This document shows positions 39,433 through 54,120 of a stretch of 64,000 nt of DNA, piece by piece. The notes beneath the pieces are model-generated. The model saw nothing but the letters and a program-made list of their open reading frames with translations. It did no database searches and was not told the origin of the DNA. The position numbers and the translations under genes were made by a program. Location: positions 71,300,001 through 71,364,000 of the forward strand of contig OX597821.1 in NCBI GenBank assembly GCA_951406725.2, read 5' to 3'. Source of the stretch: Octopus vulgaris. Lineage: Eukaryota. How positions within the stretch are numbered: the first letter of the stretch is position 1; each line of letters starts with the position of its first letter.

Positions 39433-39722
39433 TCGAAAAAGAATAGGAATGACCAGGAAAATCTGGAAAAGGATAGAAAAAGAAAAAAAAAAGGGTAATC
39501 TATTCCATCGAAATAAATCTCGTGGTACTGGTTTATATGTTTGGCCACTATGTAGGAGGTACTGTGGTTAAACACAGTTTGTTTTTCTTGTGGCCAGATA
39601 AATAGCTGAGGAGTTTCAGCATTTCTCAACGCTGTCTCGGATATTAGTGACTCATTTTTTTGAGAAAATATTGGCTCGTGGATATTTATAGTAAATACAA
39701 ACTCGGAGTCTTTTGTGCATTC

Positions 39723-39950
39723 TTTTATTCTTTTATTTGTTTCAGTCATTTGACTGCGGTCATGCTGGGGCATCACCTTCAGTCAAGCAAATCGATCCCA
39801 AGGAATTATTCTTTGTAAGCCTAGTACTTATTCTATCGGTCTCTTTTGCTGAACCGCTAAATTACGGGGACATAAACACGCCAGCATCAGTTGTCAAGTG
39901 ATGTTGGGTGGGGGTGGGGGACAAACATAACACACAAATATATAAATATA

Positions 39951-39986
<36 letters not shown>

Positions 39987-40150
39987 TATATACGACAGGC
40001 GTCTTTCCGTTTCCGTCTCTCAAATCCACTCACAAGGCTTCAATCGGCCGGGGTTATAGTAGAAGACACTTGCCCAAGGTGCCACGCAGTGGGACTGAAC
40101 CCGGAACCATGTAATTGGTAAGCAAGCTACTTACCACACAACCATTCCTG
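39723..40150 (-). mobile_element. SINE family A, near full length
   Basis: Reverse complement of the copy at 13327. Confidence 0.9.
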
Positions 40151-40422
40151 TTAAAATTCTTAAGAACTAAAACTGGAAGAGATCCATACCACATAAGTAT
40201 TTTCATTGCATTCACAAACTGACCATGAGAAACCATAAACTTGTGTTGTTGCAGTAAAAGTCTATGAAATTATTTATGTGAAAACCTATTTTTACACATA
40301 TATTTAATAGAAATATTTACCTTGTATGTTAAGAAATAAAACTTATTTAATTCAAATATATATGTTTAAGTATATCTGTGTGTGTGTATGCGCGCGGGTG
40401 TATACATTACACATAAACATAC

Positions 40423-40990
<568 letters not shown>

Positions 40991-41029
40991 CATGTATATA
41001 TAGTTATATATATATATATATGTGTGTGT

Positions 41030-41252
41030 AGGCGCATGGTTTAGTGGTTAGGGTGTCAAAACCATGATCGTAAGATTGTGGTTTCGATTACTGGACAGTG
41101 CGATGCGTTATGTTCTTGAGCAAAACACTTCATTTCACGTTGCTCCAGTCCACTCAGCCGGCAAAAATGAATAACGCTGCGATGGACTGGCGTCCAGTCC
41201 AGCTGGGGAACACATACGCCATTGAAACCGGGCCCATGATCCTAGCTAGGCT
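41030..41252 (+). mobile_element. SINE family C
   Basis: GGCGCATGGTTTAGTGGTTAGGG...GTTTCGATTAC...GTTCTTGAGCAAAACACTTCATTTCACGTTGCTCCAGTCCACTCAGC. Confidence 0.85.
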
Positions 41253-41343
41253 TTAAAAAAAGGGAGTATTTATTTTTTTATTTATATATAGTTATATATA
41301 CACATCTGCTGCATTTTCAACCCGTTCTTATTTTTCCTATCTA

Positions 41344-41379
<36 letters not shown>

Positions 41380-42049
41380 TTATGAGCACTGAATCAACGT
41401 ATTAGCTGAGATAATATATCCGCAGACGGTTAATATGCACCCGCTGTTTCAAGTGATGTCAAGATGATCTGAAATAACACCTCCAATAGAGTTGCCCAAA
41501 TTGTTACCAGTCACAGAAATATCGCATTTTATCGTAAATACAAAGCTTTGAGTTAAGGCACACGTGCATCGCATTTATAAATATTTGAAGATCAGCATGT
41601 GTGCGTTTGTTTGTGTGTTGTACGGGTGAGTGTGTGTGCGTGTGTGTATGTGTGTGTGAGTGAGTGTGTATTTGTGTGTGTGAGTGTGTATTTGTGTGTG
41701 TGAGTGTGTATTTGTGTTTGTGCTTTAGGAGTGTTTGTATATGTTCACTATGTTTTGGCCGTTTATACGTTTACAGTTACTCGCTACGATTCAGTGTCGG
41801 ATTGAGACACAAGGTGAACAGGTTTAAGACTTGGAACCTCGCAGTCTTCAGGGGCGAAACAAAAATGAGAAAACGTGAAAAATGTGTAAAAGTGAAGTGT
41901 AAAGAAATGATATCGTGGGACCGGAAACCATTACGACCTGATATTGCCATATTTAACTCTAAGTAAATATTTGACTAGAGAGTGAAGTTCAATCTTAAGA
42001 ACAAGACTGGCAGAGCAAATAGAACCAGAACAGTTGAACTAGAAATGAG

Positions 42050-43000
42050 GTTTGAGTATGTTATCACAAAATAATGGTAAGTATCTCGCTCATTAAAATT
42101 AATGGCCTGCAAAAATTGATTAATGAATTTGTTTAATTTATTTCGAACCACATAAAACAAGATGAGGACGTACGATCCGTATCTTCCTCACATTTATTGT
42201 TGGGATGAGAGTTACGACGCCCCCTTGCGAGAGATAGACTGGTCCGAGTAAAATATAAATAGTAATGATCCGTGTGAGTTCAGATGCAGAGTTCGGAGTC
42301 GAGTGAAGTTCGTGTTAGTTCGTAGTGAAGTCGGAAGGTGTCGGTTGGTTCGTTCACAAGGAATATTGGTTGTTAGTTCGCAGAGATTTGTTAGTTCGTT
42401 ACATTATTTCTACTGTTGTCTGGTTATATTATTTATTGTACGTAACAAATTACGATACAACATTTTTCTAAATCAATAATTGATTAACTTATTAACTTTA
42501 TGCTTAGTAGAGTGACACAAATGTTTTTAGATGATTTGAGGAAAAACATACTATTTCGGGACTCTACATCAAGTCTTTCCAACATGGATCTTCTAAATTA
42601 TATCGTAAAATACGCATCTCCTATGAACGGTTTGTCTGTGAAATGTTTTTTAACTTGGCTAAATTTGGAGAATCGTAGAGAATATAACGGATTTGATGAT
42701 GAATTTACTCGTAATGTTTGTAAAGTTGATTTCAGTAAATTCTGAAGACAGTCGTGATAATGAAGCGAAAGTGGTTGGTAAATACATTGGAATGCAGCAC
42801 AAAATTCTAGAAACAAACAAACGTCTGATGTGGATTCGTTGTACCGGAAATCCATTAAATCTTGGTTATTATACTGCAATAGGTTATCACTCAGAGGCAG
42901 TAAACCTCTTAAAAGTTGCTCAAAAAATATTCTCTCCTTTTCATCTTCTATAAAGAAGTGGACCGAATTAATCAGGAAAAGAAAACAATGTAATTTAGTG
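42050..43000 (+). mobile_element. Decayed hAT (ZMYM1-like) transposase remnant
   Basis: NNGKYL...SHLSKSIID...DSTSSLSNMDLLNYIVKY...DNEAKVVGKYIGMQHKILE...IRCTGNPLNL, resembling the hAT DxTxD, DNAxxMxGxxxG and CxAHxLNL motifs. Confidence 0.7.
42198..42462 (+). mobile_element. Solo LTR (265 bp) nested in the hAT remnant
   Basis: TGTTG...CAACA ends, 5-bp TSD TTTAT/TTTTT, and TATAAATA at ~42254. Excising it restores the hAT frame (HL|SKSIID). Confidence 0.8.
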
Positions 43001-43724
43001 TAAATGTGCAAAATAAGGACACAAGATACACTAAAATGTACAATATCACTATCAAAATAAATTTCAGTTTTTCTACATGATATATATTGAAGAAGCGGAA
43101 GATTGGAAGAACTCTGTTAATTCTACCATTTCGCTGCCTTTGCTACAGACGAAGCTCGAAGAAGTGAACAGACGTATATAGCAATGCAACTTCTGCTGCT
43201 GCTGGAGGACTTTCGTCTACTGTTGATATATTTCTGTTGGTTTTTAACACTATACATCTGGAAGAAATGACTTTTCTTGAGACGGACACCGCAGTTTAAC
43301 AGGCTTTCAACGATATATCTACCTTAAGTATGATATGTGTGTGTGTGTGTATATACATGTATGTATGTATGTATGTATGTATGTATGTATGTATGTATGT
43401 GTGTGTGTGTGTGTGTGTGTATACATGTATGTATGTCTCTTCTATTTTTTATTTATCATAAATCTTCCACTGAGGAGGAAACCGGTTTCCAACAAAGATA
43501 CAAGGCTCCATATTTGGGATGCAATTAACACAGACAAATTCACATTTGGAACTTGAGAAAAGTCTTGGATACTTTTATTGTTCCACTCACAGATTGCACT
43601 TGTAATGTTCGAATTAGCCGGTCGATTTCTCTTTCTGAAAATCCCAGTTAATCCAGATTCTCCTGTATGTGTGTGTATGTATGTGTGTATGTATGTATGT
43701 ATGTATGTATGTATGTATGTATGC

Positions 43725-43757
<33 letters not shown>

Positions 43758-46135
43758 TGTATGTATGTATGGCAATTATAGCGTGGAAAACACACAATTG
43801 TTAAAAAAACGCACAAAACTATTAACTTCCCCTAAACATTTATTATTTGGTATCAAATTTTCGTCGCACCTCCTGAGACCTGGTCATTACACTGTTCCTC
43901 TGCAGTGAATTGAGTAGTTTTTTTTATATTTCTGAATGGCTGACATATGTGTTGCACGCCGTAATTGTTTCAACTGCAACACACGGTCTAAAACCAAATC
44001 ACTCGGCAGGCGAGGACATCTCCGACATATATATATATGTAATGATTACCATAAACAATTATAGAAGAAAAAAATGGAGGAGAAAAAGATGTTGAATCAA
44101 AATTAGATTTAATACAAAATAGGATTCAATATAATTGTTTATGGTATTTTTATACCTATAACGATATTTTTCAGCTGCTATTTTCGTATTCTTATTTCTT
44201 GCTCTTTATTAGAAATCATTCTTTCTCCCTTTTTTGGACCTTTCAAACAGTTTGAATTGTTCTCTTTTGAACTTATTTTTTCCCACATATGTAATGATTG
44301 TGTTTCTTAAACTAAAGTCATGCAGTTCTTCCAACCAAATAGTTACTACTTACAACAGCCAAGGTAAAAGATAAGCTGGACCGTTTGAAATCTTCAAGAA
44401 GTCACTAAAATACATACTATCTACATGGGCACATGATATTAATAAAAGAAAGGTGGGTACTTCAATAGAGATGTCTCATGCCTAGCAGTCAGGATTTCCC
44501 GTAGTTGAAATAATACCTACAATGACTGAAATAATACAGAAATATCCTCGTATAAATTATAAACAGTGTAAAGCGGAAATAATGGATATCATTCGTCGTT
44601 GAAACATTTCATATGTTAATTAAGAATTGTATACATAATCTTAGATTATACCCAACGTACACCGATACGTCAAGCTTTGAATACAGACATGCAGATAAAT
44701 ATATGCCCTGTGAACATGAATTAATGTTACGGTCGGTACAAAAATAATAACCACCTAAAGTGCTAATTTAAGTATAAACAGTTCCAGAAATAAAAAAAAG
44801 TATCAAAACCTATCTTATTTCAGTAAGGTTACCGCAAGTATAGACATTTTCAAATATGCACACATACAGACGAGGAGCTTACGGGGTAACCTTCAGGAAG
44901 TGTGTTCCAGCAGATATAACATGTATGTATGTATGTATGTATGTATGTATGTATGTATGTATGTATGTATGTATGTATGTATGTATGTATGTATGTATGC
45001 ATGTATGCATGCATGTTTATTGTGTATATATATATATAACAAGAACATTCAAAAGAACGGTAACTCCAAATACCATGAGATGGCGATGAAGCAAGAACAG
45101 GATTCTTCCACGTGAAACAACATGTACGCAGGTGACAATTATATATATATGATATAACATTATATAATATATGTGTGTGTGTATGTATGTATGTCTGTAT
45201 GTATGTACGTATGTATGTATATATGTATGTATATATGTATATGTATATATGAATGTATACGCATACAGGTTTAAGAAATAGAAGACGAAATTGGTGTCTT
45301 ATTTCAATAGGATTAATAATAAAATATATAGTCTTACACTGGAATGTACGGAATAACCTGAAGGAAGTGACTTTCCTTAGTTATACCAAGCATGAACACA
45401 CACACACATACACACACACACACACGTATGAGAAAGTCTTAGTGCAACCTATAGTAAAAATTATGGGCCCTACGCCATGCTGCGTTAATGCAAACAAGTG
45501 TGAACCTGATTAGACGACTTAAAACCTTTTCCGTCTGAGCTAATGGTCTTACGTAATATCCTCTGCTCAATATGCATCCAAATATCAGAACATAATGACT
45601 GAAAAAGGGTTCAGAAATAATTGCAACATTAATGAACTTTGTGGCCCCTAACTCTATGCTGGTTTTACACCATAAACAATAAGTATAAGAGTCGTCTTCC
45701 GATTACGTCTGCTTTACTTTCTCTGATGAAGCCGTAACTTGGATCTTTAGGCAGACAGAATATAGTTGAGAGATCACAATATGACCTGAATACATTGTTG
45801 GGCTCTATACGATTCTGTAATGTGGCCGCCGAGACTCCATAGCCAGGGTGGATGATGGATGGCACGACACAAACAACTGAAACGACAGGTGTAAACAAAT
45901 GGCTTTAGTTTTCTGTTGACAGAGCGGAAAATGTTGTGGATTTTAGGGTAGTTCTGATTATATTCTTTGTATCTTTGGAATCCAATCAGGAAACAAAGAC
46001 CGATATTTTGTATCTGCAGAAAGACTGATAATTTATAATTATTTGTTTGGAAACTAACTAGAAACTGATATAAGTAATTAATGTGTACACCATTATCAAC
46101 ACATGCGTAAGGCTTGCAATATGTATATGCACGTA

Positions 46136-46716
46136 AGGCGGCGAGATGGCAGAACCGTCAGGACGCCGGGCGAACTGCGTAGCCGTATTTCGTCTGCCGC
46201 TACGTTCTGAGTTCAAATTCCGCCGAGGTTGACTTTACCTTTCATCCTTTCGGGGTCGATTAAATAAGTACCAGTTACGCACTGGGGTTGATGTAATTGA
46301 CTTAATCCGTTTGTCTGTCTTTGTTTGTCCTTTCTTTGTTTAACCCATTGTGGGCAGTAAAGAAATAGGTATTTCGTCTGTCTTTACGTTCTGAGTTCAA
46401 ATTCCGCCGAGGTCGATTTTGCCCTTCATCCTTTCGGGGTCGATTAAATAAGTACCAGTTACGCACTGGGGTCGATGTAATCGATTTAATCCGTTTGTCT
46501 GTCCTTGTTTCTCTCCTCTGTGTTTAGCTCCTAGTGGGTAGTAAAGAAATAGGTATTTCGTCTGCCGTTACGTTCTGAGTTCAAATTCCGCTGAGGTCGA
46601 CTTTGCCTTTCATCCTTTCGTGGTAGTTAAATTAAGTACCAGTTGCGTACTGGTGTCGATCTAATCGACTGGCCTTCTCCATCTAAATTTCAGGCCTTCT
46701 GCCTAGAGCAGAAAGG
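46136..46716 (+). mobile_element. SINE family B with three tandem ~184-bp internal units
   Basis: GTATTTCGTCTG recurs at ~46185, ~46369 and ~46553 after a single head. Confidence 0.9.
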
Positions 46717-47147
46717 AATGTGTACATCCACGCTACAAGTGACTTCCGACAACCAGGATCGTCTGCAGACGTTGTTGCTCATTTCGACTTTGTTTCAATG
46801 TTTTGTTCCAGATGGCAAATCGTCATAAAATCACGTTGTTTTCTCCAACTTTCCCCATGAGAAGGTTTTCATAATTACAACAATTGTTCTATCTGCATCT
46901 GAGATTCTCCAGCAGTGATTTACAAAACTTTAATCTTTGTCGTTATTGATAGTAGTGGTGGCGGCGGCGGCAGCGGCGGAGGTGGCGGCGGCGGCGGCGG
47001 AGGCGGCGGTTGTGATATGAATTAGTGTGACTTTGGGAATGTCATTTGTTTTCGATCGCCCAATGATCGATCGTTTGTTTAAAAGTTTATCATGGAAATA
47101 TTAGTAATGGCGTGTTTGACCAAACGATGTCTTTACCAATACATACA

Positions 47148-47181
<34 letters not shown>

Positions 47182-48084
47182 CAGACAAACATACAAATAG
47201 ATGGACTGACAGACAGACATGCATATATACATACATATATAATACATACAGACATGCATACATATATATATATTTATACATATACATGTCATATAAATAC
47301 ATACACACATATACGCATATGTATATATACATATTTACATGCAAACGCACACACACTCTCACACATACACATATATTAGTCAATGAAATTTGTGCGTAGC
47401 CAAATATTTACATGTTAATTCTGACTTTAGTATTTTCACAAGTACTTTCAATTTCTGCAACAATCCTCAGGTTTTATGCTTACTTCGCAACATTAACTCG
47501 ATGTTGTTGTTTTATACTTAACGAGGGAGAATGAATAAAATACTTATAGTAATAGTTTTTGAGGGAATGCTACTTTCGAATTAAATTTAGTTCAAATCAC
47601 ATTAAATTATTTCTGTCCATTCAGAACTGGTTTTAATTTCTGTTCTCTTGATCTCTTTTTAACTTTCCCTGGTCATGAAGTGCATAAAAGGAAAATATCA
47701 AGAATAATATTTTTTATAGTATTTTCCCAAATGATTTCTTAATTACTTAACGGGAAGTACCTAATATTAGGGTCTTTAATTTACGGCCGCTGCGTTCGCG
47801 GACATTCTGTTAGGGAATAACCAACCTAGCTATTATATATTCCTTAAAAATCCGGGTATTTTATAGAATAAATCAAATTTCTTTTACAGTAGTTGCATGT
47901 ACTTACAGTTGTATATATTTCATTCTGGTCTTAAGGACCAACGTGTATATTGCTGTGTGCTTCAGTGACTGTCATTGCATCTAGTTACTGCAAAGTTTTG
48001 ATCCTTGTCTCAGTTCAAACTTAGTATTTGTCAACAAGATTTTCGGTTGTCGTTTGTTTTTATCAAACGTTCGATTTTTAATTT

Positions 48085-48215
48085 TCTTTTTACTTGTTTC
48101 AGTCATTTGACTATGGCCATGCTGGGACACCCCCTTGGAAGGTTTTAATCAAACAAATCGACTCCAGGACTTATTTTTTAAAGCCTAGTCTCCATCAGTC
48201 CCTTTTGCCGAACGT
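48085..48215 (-). mobile_element. SINE family A, 3' part
   Basis: TTTTACTTGTTTCAGTCATTTGACTATGGCCATGCTGG. Confidence 0.75.
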
Positions 48216-49505
48216 AACTGAAGGATGGTAGTGAGGTCGAATCGACATTCAACCGTATGTTTTTACGCTCAGTAGTATGGTCCGATTCATAAGAACTGAC
48301 ACATGTTTCATACGTTACCGTCTTTCAATTGCATGACTAATTAAACAGGTATTCATTGATGTTTCTTTACGAGTCCTTCACGTCTAATAGTCTAGTGGAT
48401 TTGTGCTGATATCATTCTTGTCTGAAGCCAGGTGTAAGTTACTTTCAGACAATTACTGTAGCAAATATTTTCTCTGGTGATATTTGACGAGGAAGGTTTT
48501 TCCCTGTCAGACTATTTCTCCACTGTTCCATGATTAATTGGCTTTTGTAACCCTATCACGAAACTATTTCTGACGATATCTTAGTTAAGACAGTGACCAT
48601 ATCAACATATATACTTTGTTCTACAATGCATACGCACACACACTCACAAACACACGCACACACATATATACATACTCATGTATATGTATATATATATATT
48701 TATATATATATACATACATATACATACATACATTCATACACACACATATAACCTATATATATACATGCACACATATACATACATTCATACACACATACAC
48801 ATATAACCTATATATATACAGGTCATGTGAAAGCATCTGCCTCCAGAGGTTATTGTTTGTCAAGTTACTCATACCACAAAAATTGAATATTTGTTTGTTT
48901 TTAAGCTTTGCATTGTTTTTGGAAAGGGTGGAGTTGCAGAAATAATAGAATACAGAACTAAATACTTTTCCATATTAAATTCAGGAGTTCCATGTGCTGA
49001 TCTGAAATATAACCAAGGATGGGATTACACTGCGCTTCGCCAGTTATTGAGTTCGATTTCAGCAACGGCCTCCCTGAATATAGACGGATTTATGACTTTC
49101 TGTCCGTGTGAGAAATTATTATTGCAAGGTTAATTTATCGTCGTGTGTATGTAGACGCATGTGTGTATATTTAGGTGTATATGAGCAAGGCAATTAAAAC
49201 GCACATAAAGGATAATTTTATATATATATCTGTGTGTGTGTGTATGAAAGGCCTCAGTACAAAGCAATGCTCCAGCATGGCCACAATCTAATGACGGGAA
49301 AAATATGTACATATGTATGCATATATATGTGTGTATATATATGGGTGTATGTGTGGGTGTGTACATACATATGCATGTATGTATGTGTATACATACATAC
49401 ACACATATATACGCACACAGGTAGAAAACGTTATTGTATGAAAACTTACTGAGTTAAAACGAATCAAAGTACCCACAAACACACAAACACACACACACAC
49501 ACACA

Positions 49506-49559
<54 letters not shown>

Positions 49560-49563
49560 TACA

Positions 49564-49955
49564 CAGGGTGCAGTGAATAAACTGTCGTCTAAATTAATCA
49601 AAAATGAAAATAACACTGACATCTCATTTTAACAGATATAGTTACTAAAATTACGTAAAAATAGCTTGAAATACTAAAGATTAAATTTATTCAATAAAAT
49701 CGCCATTGACTCCAACCACAGCCTCAAGACAACTTCGGAATCTCCTGCAACTCTTCTGGACGGTCTCCTTGTTTAAGTTGGTGAATACTACCATAATCCT
49801 TGCCTTCATTTCATCTTTGATGTTACAAGGGGTTTTGATGGTCTCTCGCTCAACTGTGTCCCACACATAATAATCAAGGAGGTTGCAGTGTGGGGAGTTT
49901 AGTGACCAGAGGTTAGGGGTGATGTGGTCGCAGAAAATGTCTGACAGCCATGCAC
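49564..49955 (-). mobile_element. Tc1/mariner DD37D (maT-like) transposon 3' end
   Basis: WLSDIFCDHITPNLWSLNSPHCNLLDYYVW...CRRFRSCLEAVVGVNGDFIE*, followed by a CAGGGTG-type terminus. Confidence 0.8.
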
Positions 49956-50230
49956 TGAATATCTATGCGCGCAGTCTTCAAGATCTCAGGGTGTGACAAG
50001 GAGTGTTCCAATTCCTGTCACAACCTGGGGCCTTGAAGACTGCTTTAATGCAAGAAAGTATATTAGTCCCTTAATATTTGATATTCAATATTTCATCTAT
50101 TCAATAAGACAACCAATACTTAATTTCATTTTTACTATATATATACTATTTATACTTTATATTCCATATTCTACATTAATATTATAAAGAATATAAATAT
50201 AACATAAAAAACAGAGTTGGAATTCCTATG

Positions 50231-50275
<45 letters not shown>

Positions 50276-50548
50276 GCCATGGACGCTCACGAACATACAT
50301 ACACACACATACATATACACGGACAGGGATAGACAGGGACGGGCACGCGCGCACACACAACACACACACACTTACGCATGCACACATACACACACATGCA
50401 CACATACACACACAGGTACACACGTATAGACAATACTTACGAGCACTGACTACGAGTTGATTTACTCAGGCCTGCGCACCAACACGCGCGCATAGATATT
50501 CACTCACGCGTACAATCATTTACAGACAAACTTATTCTCTCCAAACAC

Positions 50549-50581
<33 letters not shown>

Positions 50582-50872
50582 AGTGGAAAGGAATATACAG
50601 GAATAAACAAAGAAGTAAATAAGTAAATCATAGATTTTATGTTTTGAGGTGATGAGAGATGGATGAGCGATAAGGGTTGTCATTTATGATCAACGGGGCT
50701 GTGAGGGTGTGTGTATCTGTTGACTTGTGTGTGTGTGTGTGTGTGTCCGTGGTTATATGCTTGTATTCGCATGTGTGTATGCGTATGTGTGTACGTCTGT
50801 GTGTAACTGTGTTTATGTGTATCTGTGAGGTCGTGGTTTGTGTGTGTGTATGTTTTGTGTGTGAATGTGTGT

Positions 50873-50903
<31 letters not shown>

Positions 50904-51421
50904 AATTTCTGTGTGCGTGTGTTTGCGTGTGTGTGTGTGTGTGTTCACGTGCGTAAAAGAACACTTGCTTCTCGCTTCGAAACATTTCATATCGCCATCA
51001 TCCTCATCAACACCGCCACCACCATCACCGTTATCATCATCATCATCATTGTTAGCATCATCATCGTCATTATTATTATCATTATCATTATCATTTTCAT
51101 CGTTACCATCATCAATACCAACACCAACACCATCACCATTCCACTATTAATACAACCACTACAACCACCACCATCATTAACAACAACAACAACAACATCA
51201 GCATCACTATCGCAATACCATCATTATTATCGCATTCATCATAATCAACAGCATCATTGAGATTCCTCCTCCCCCGCCTCCCGCCCTTTTCCCGTCCTTT
51301 TCCTCTTCTACCTCCTCCTCATCATATCAACAACAGTAATGGCTCTGTTATCGCCAACATCAGCAGTAGCCTTATCGGAATTAGAATCATCATCATTAAG
51401 GTCATTACCAGAATTTTTCAT

Positions 51422-51452
<31 letters not shown>

Positions 51453-51770
51453 AGCAACAGCAGCCTAAGTCCTTACAGCTTGTAGGAAGACAGATAACAT
51501 GCACACATATGCATACTCTTACATACACACGCTCATACACATACGCACACACACATACACACAGGACGCACACATACGTATATACATACATAAATGTAAT
51601 GTGTATATATATATATGTATATCTATCTATCTATCTATCTATATACAAATATATATAAATATATATGGTGAACCTCAATAGAACTCTGGTTTCTGCAGCT
51701 TGGACACCGAAACCAAGAACATCTTTTCCATCCCACCCCACAAGTTTGTTGCTTGCTGGGCATGCTATCT

Positions 51771-51896
<126 letters not shown>

Positions 51897-51904
51897 TGGA
51901 AGGA

Positions 51905-53095
51905 ACTGTTCAACGCAACTTCTGCATCATCTTGACGACATTTTGAGAGCTTTGGGAGAGGGCTCTAACACCGATGTCATCGAAATTGATTTCACCAAGG
52001 CCTTTGACAGGATTGATCATAAGATTCTCTTGAAAAAAACTATCCAGCATTGGTGTCTCTGGAAAGTTACTACAATGGATCGAGTGTTTTCTGGGAGACA
52101 GAACCCACCACGTTGTTGTCAAACCCAGCCAAAATCAATAGTGGTGTTTCACAAGGCATTATGTTGTCCCACATCTTTTCATCAATGATATCATTGACAT
52201 CATCAAGCACAGCAACATAAGAATCTTTGCAGATGATTCCAAAATCGAAAAGGTCATCAATGAAATGGGTGACTGAACATGCCTTCAGTCCGATCTACTG
52301 GCTATCATCCAATGAGCGGGAAAGAATAATCTGCTGCTGAACGAGGACAAATTTCAGTTGATCCACTTCGAAAAAGAGGATACCCCGAAACTTCCATACT
52401 CCCTTTCTTCAGGTGAAACTCTCATGGCATCCAACAACATCAGAGACTTGGGAGTAATTGTGGACTACAACATTAGCTGGGCCGCTCGTATAAACTGCAA
52501 AGTTGACATGGCCCGCAGAATGTGTTCCTGGATTCTCAGAACTTTCCAGTCGAGAGATATCAACACTATTATCCTTCTCTTCTCTACTTTTGCCCGACCT
52601 CACCTTGAATACTGTTGTCCATTGTGGTCTCCTCACATGAAATAAAGTATCATGAAAGTTGAGGCAGTACAGGGGTCAATTACAAAAAAGATAGATGGCA
52701 TGACAGGCCTTGACTATTGACGTTGACTAGAAAAGCTCAAGCTTTATTCCTTCCAACGCCACCATGACCGCTACATCATCTGCATGATGTGGAAAATATT
52801 CCATTAGCATCAGCCAAATGATATTGGCATCGCGTTTAAGACACGCCCAAGACTTGGACCCTGTACTATCCGCCCACGACATAAATCATACTCGCGTCAC
52901 ATAACAACAATGCGGCACATTTATTTCACCTCAATGGTCCCCTCTCTCTTTAGCATTACCCAAACACATTAAAGCAGAAACAGACCCCATAAAGTTCAAG
53001 AAGTCTTTGGACACATTCCTTCAAAAAATCCCGAGCAAACCTTCTACACCATCCAGTGGGCCATGTTGTACGATTCCTGACTACGCTAGTTGGTG
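51905..53095 (+). mobile_element. CR1-group LINE, 5'-truncated reverse transcriptase remnant
   Basis: IDFTKAFDRIDHKILL, IFADDSK, RDLGVIVD and RPHLEYCCPLWSP motifs, with stops and frameshifts. Confidence 0.9.
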
Positions 53096-53137
53096 CTATT
53101 AAGGTAGACATGGGCCAATGTATATATATATATATAT

Positions 53138-53698
53138 ATGATGGCTGCCTCCTCGTTATCGAGTATGGCCATTGCACGAAGCTTAACTGTTATTGGTGCT
53201 GTGATCGAATGCGACTTTTATTTGCTTTTTAAGATTACAGCCAGCCATTCAATTGAAACTCACAGCACCATCAACAATCATGAACAATGTTGTTATTGTG
53301 CAATGCCTGTGCAAGAAAAAAACACCAGCCATAACCCGAAAAGAAGAACAAGTCAGCATCATCGGTAACCACTGAGCCGAAGGTTTTATGTCGGAGTTAT
53401 CCCAGTTACCTGAGTTACCTTCTCCTAGAAGGATGCCCTAACAAATGCTAGCAGTCCTTCACTCTCAATGGTTTAACCGCGCGATCGGGTATTCAGTCCG
53501 ATTATTTCTATGTCCCCGCACATGATACATCCTTAAGACATTTGACGGGTTTTGTTTTTCATCCCGCAGGGTGTCCAATAAACACCCTCCTCACCAAGCT
53601 AGCTTGGTGGGGTTGCCGGTTTAGTCGCCGACGGCCCGACCATGCAACAGGTTGTACTGGGTTACATGTTAACAGCAGCACTCGAAAGTGACCTGACA
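53138..53698 (-). mobile_element. Non-autonomous RTE-derived element (5' UTR joined to 3' end)
   Basis: Contains TAGGCATCCTTCTAGGAGAAGGTAACTC, resembling the conserved RTE 5' UTR GGCAACC.GTCTAGGAGAAGGAAAAC motif. Has a structured 5' leader and no ORF. Flanked by (TA)n. Confidence 0.65.
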
Positions 53699-54120
53699 TA
53701 AATATATATATATAGGAATATATATGTGTGTGTGTGTGTGTACATGAATTATTTAACTACTTTACTGGTAACATTTAGGGAGAAGGGGTGGGCATAGCTA
53801 ATTTTCTTTCTTTTCTGTAATTTTTATCTTATTTTTTACGTCTTCCCACTTTTTCTGTCAACCTTCTTTCGCATGATTTTCGCATGAATTTTCCTGTACC
53901 AGCATCCTGGTTTTCAAATAGATCAGACGATGTGCTCAGAGCCCGAAGATTGCATTATAAAGCGCGTTCATAAACCTGCCTAGACACGTGTCTTCACAAC
54001 GAGAAACTATCCGTAGCTCGCAGCCTTATACTATGTACATTAGATGATATATCAACTCTCACTGGATGCAGTACTTTGTTCATTTTACCTTAACAGAACA
54101 GTAAAGTGTGCATGTATAAA

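Noticed and set aside
43455-43480. CTGAGGAGGAAACCGGTTTC as a hammerhead
   Set aside because: There is no stem II between the boxes and no stem I pairing; at most a deleted relic.
46136-46716. Repeated units as a possible CRISPR array
   Set aside because: The units are ~184-bp SINE bodies with no unique spacers, in a eukaryotic context with no cas genes.
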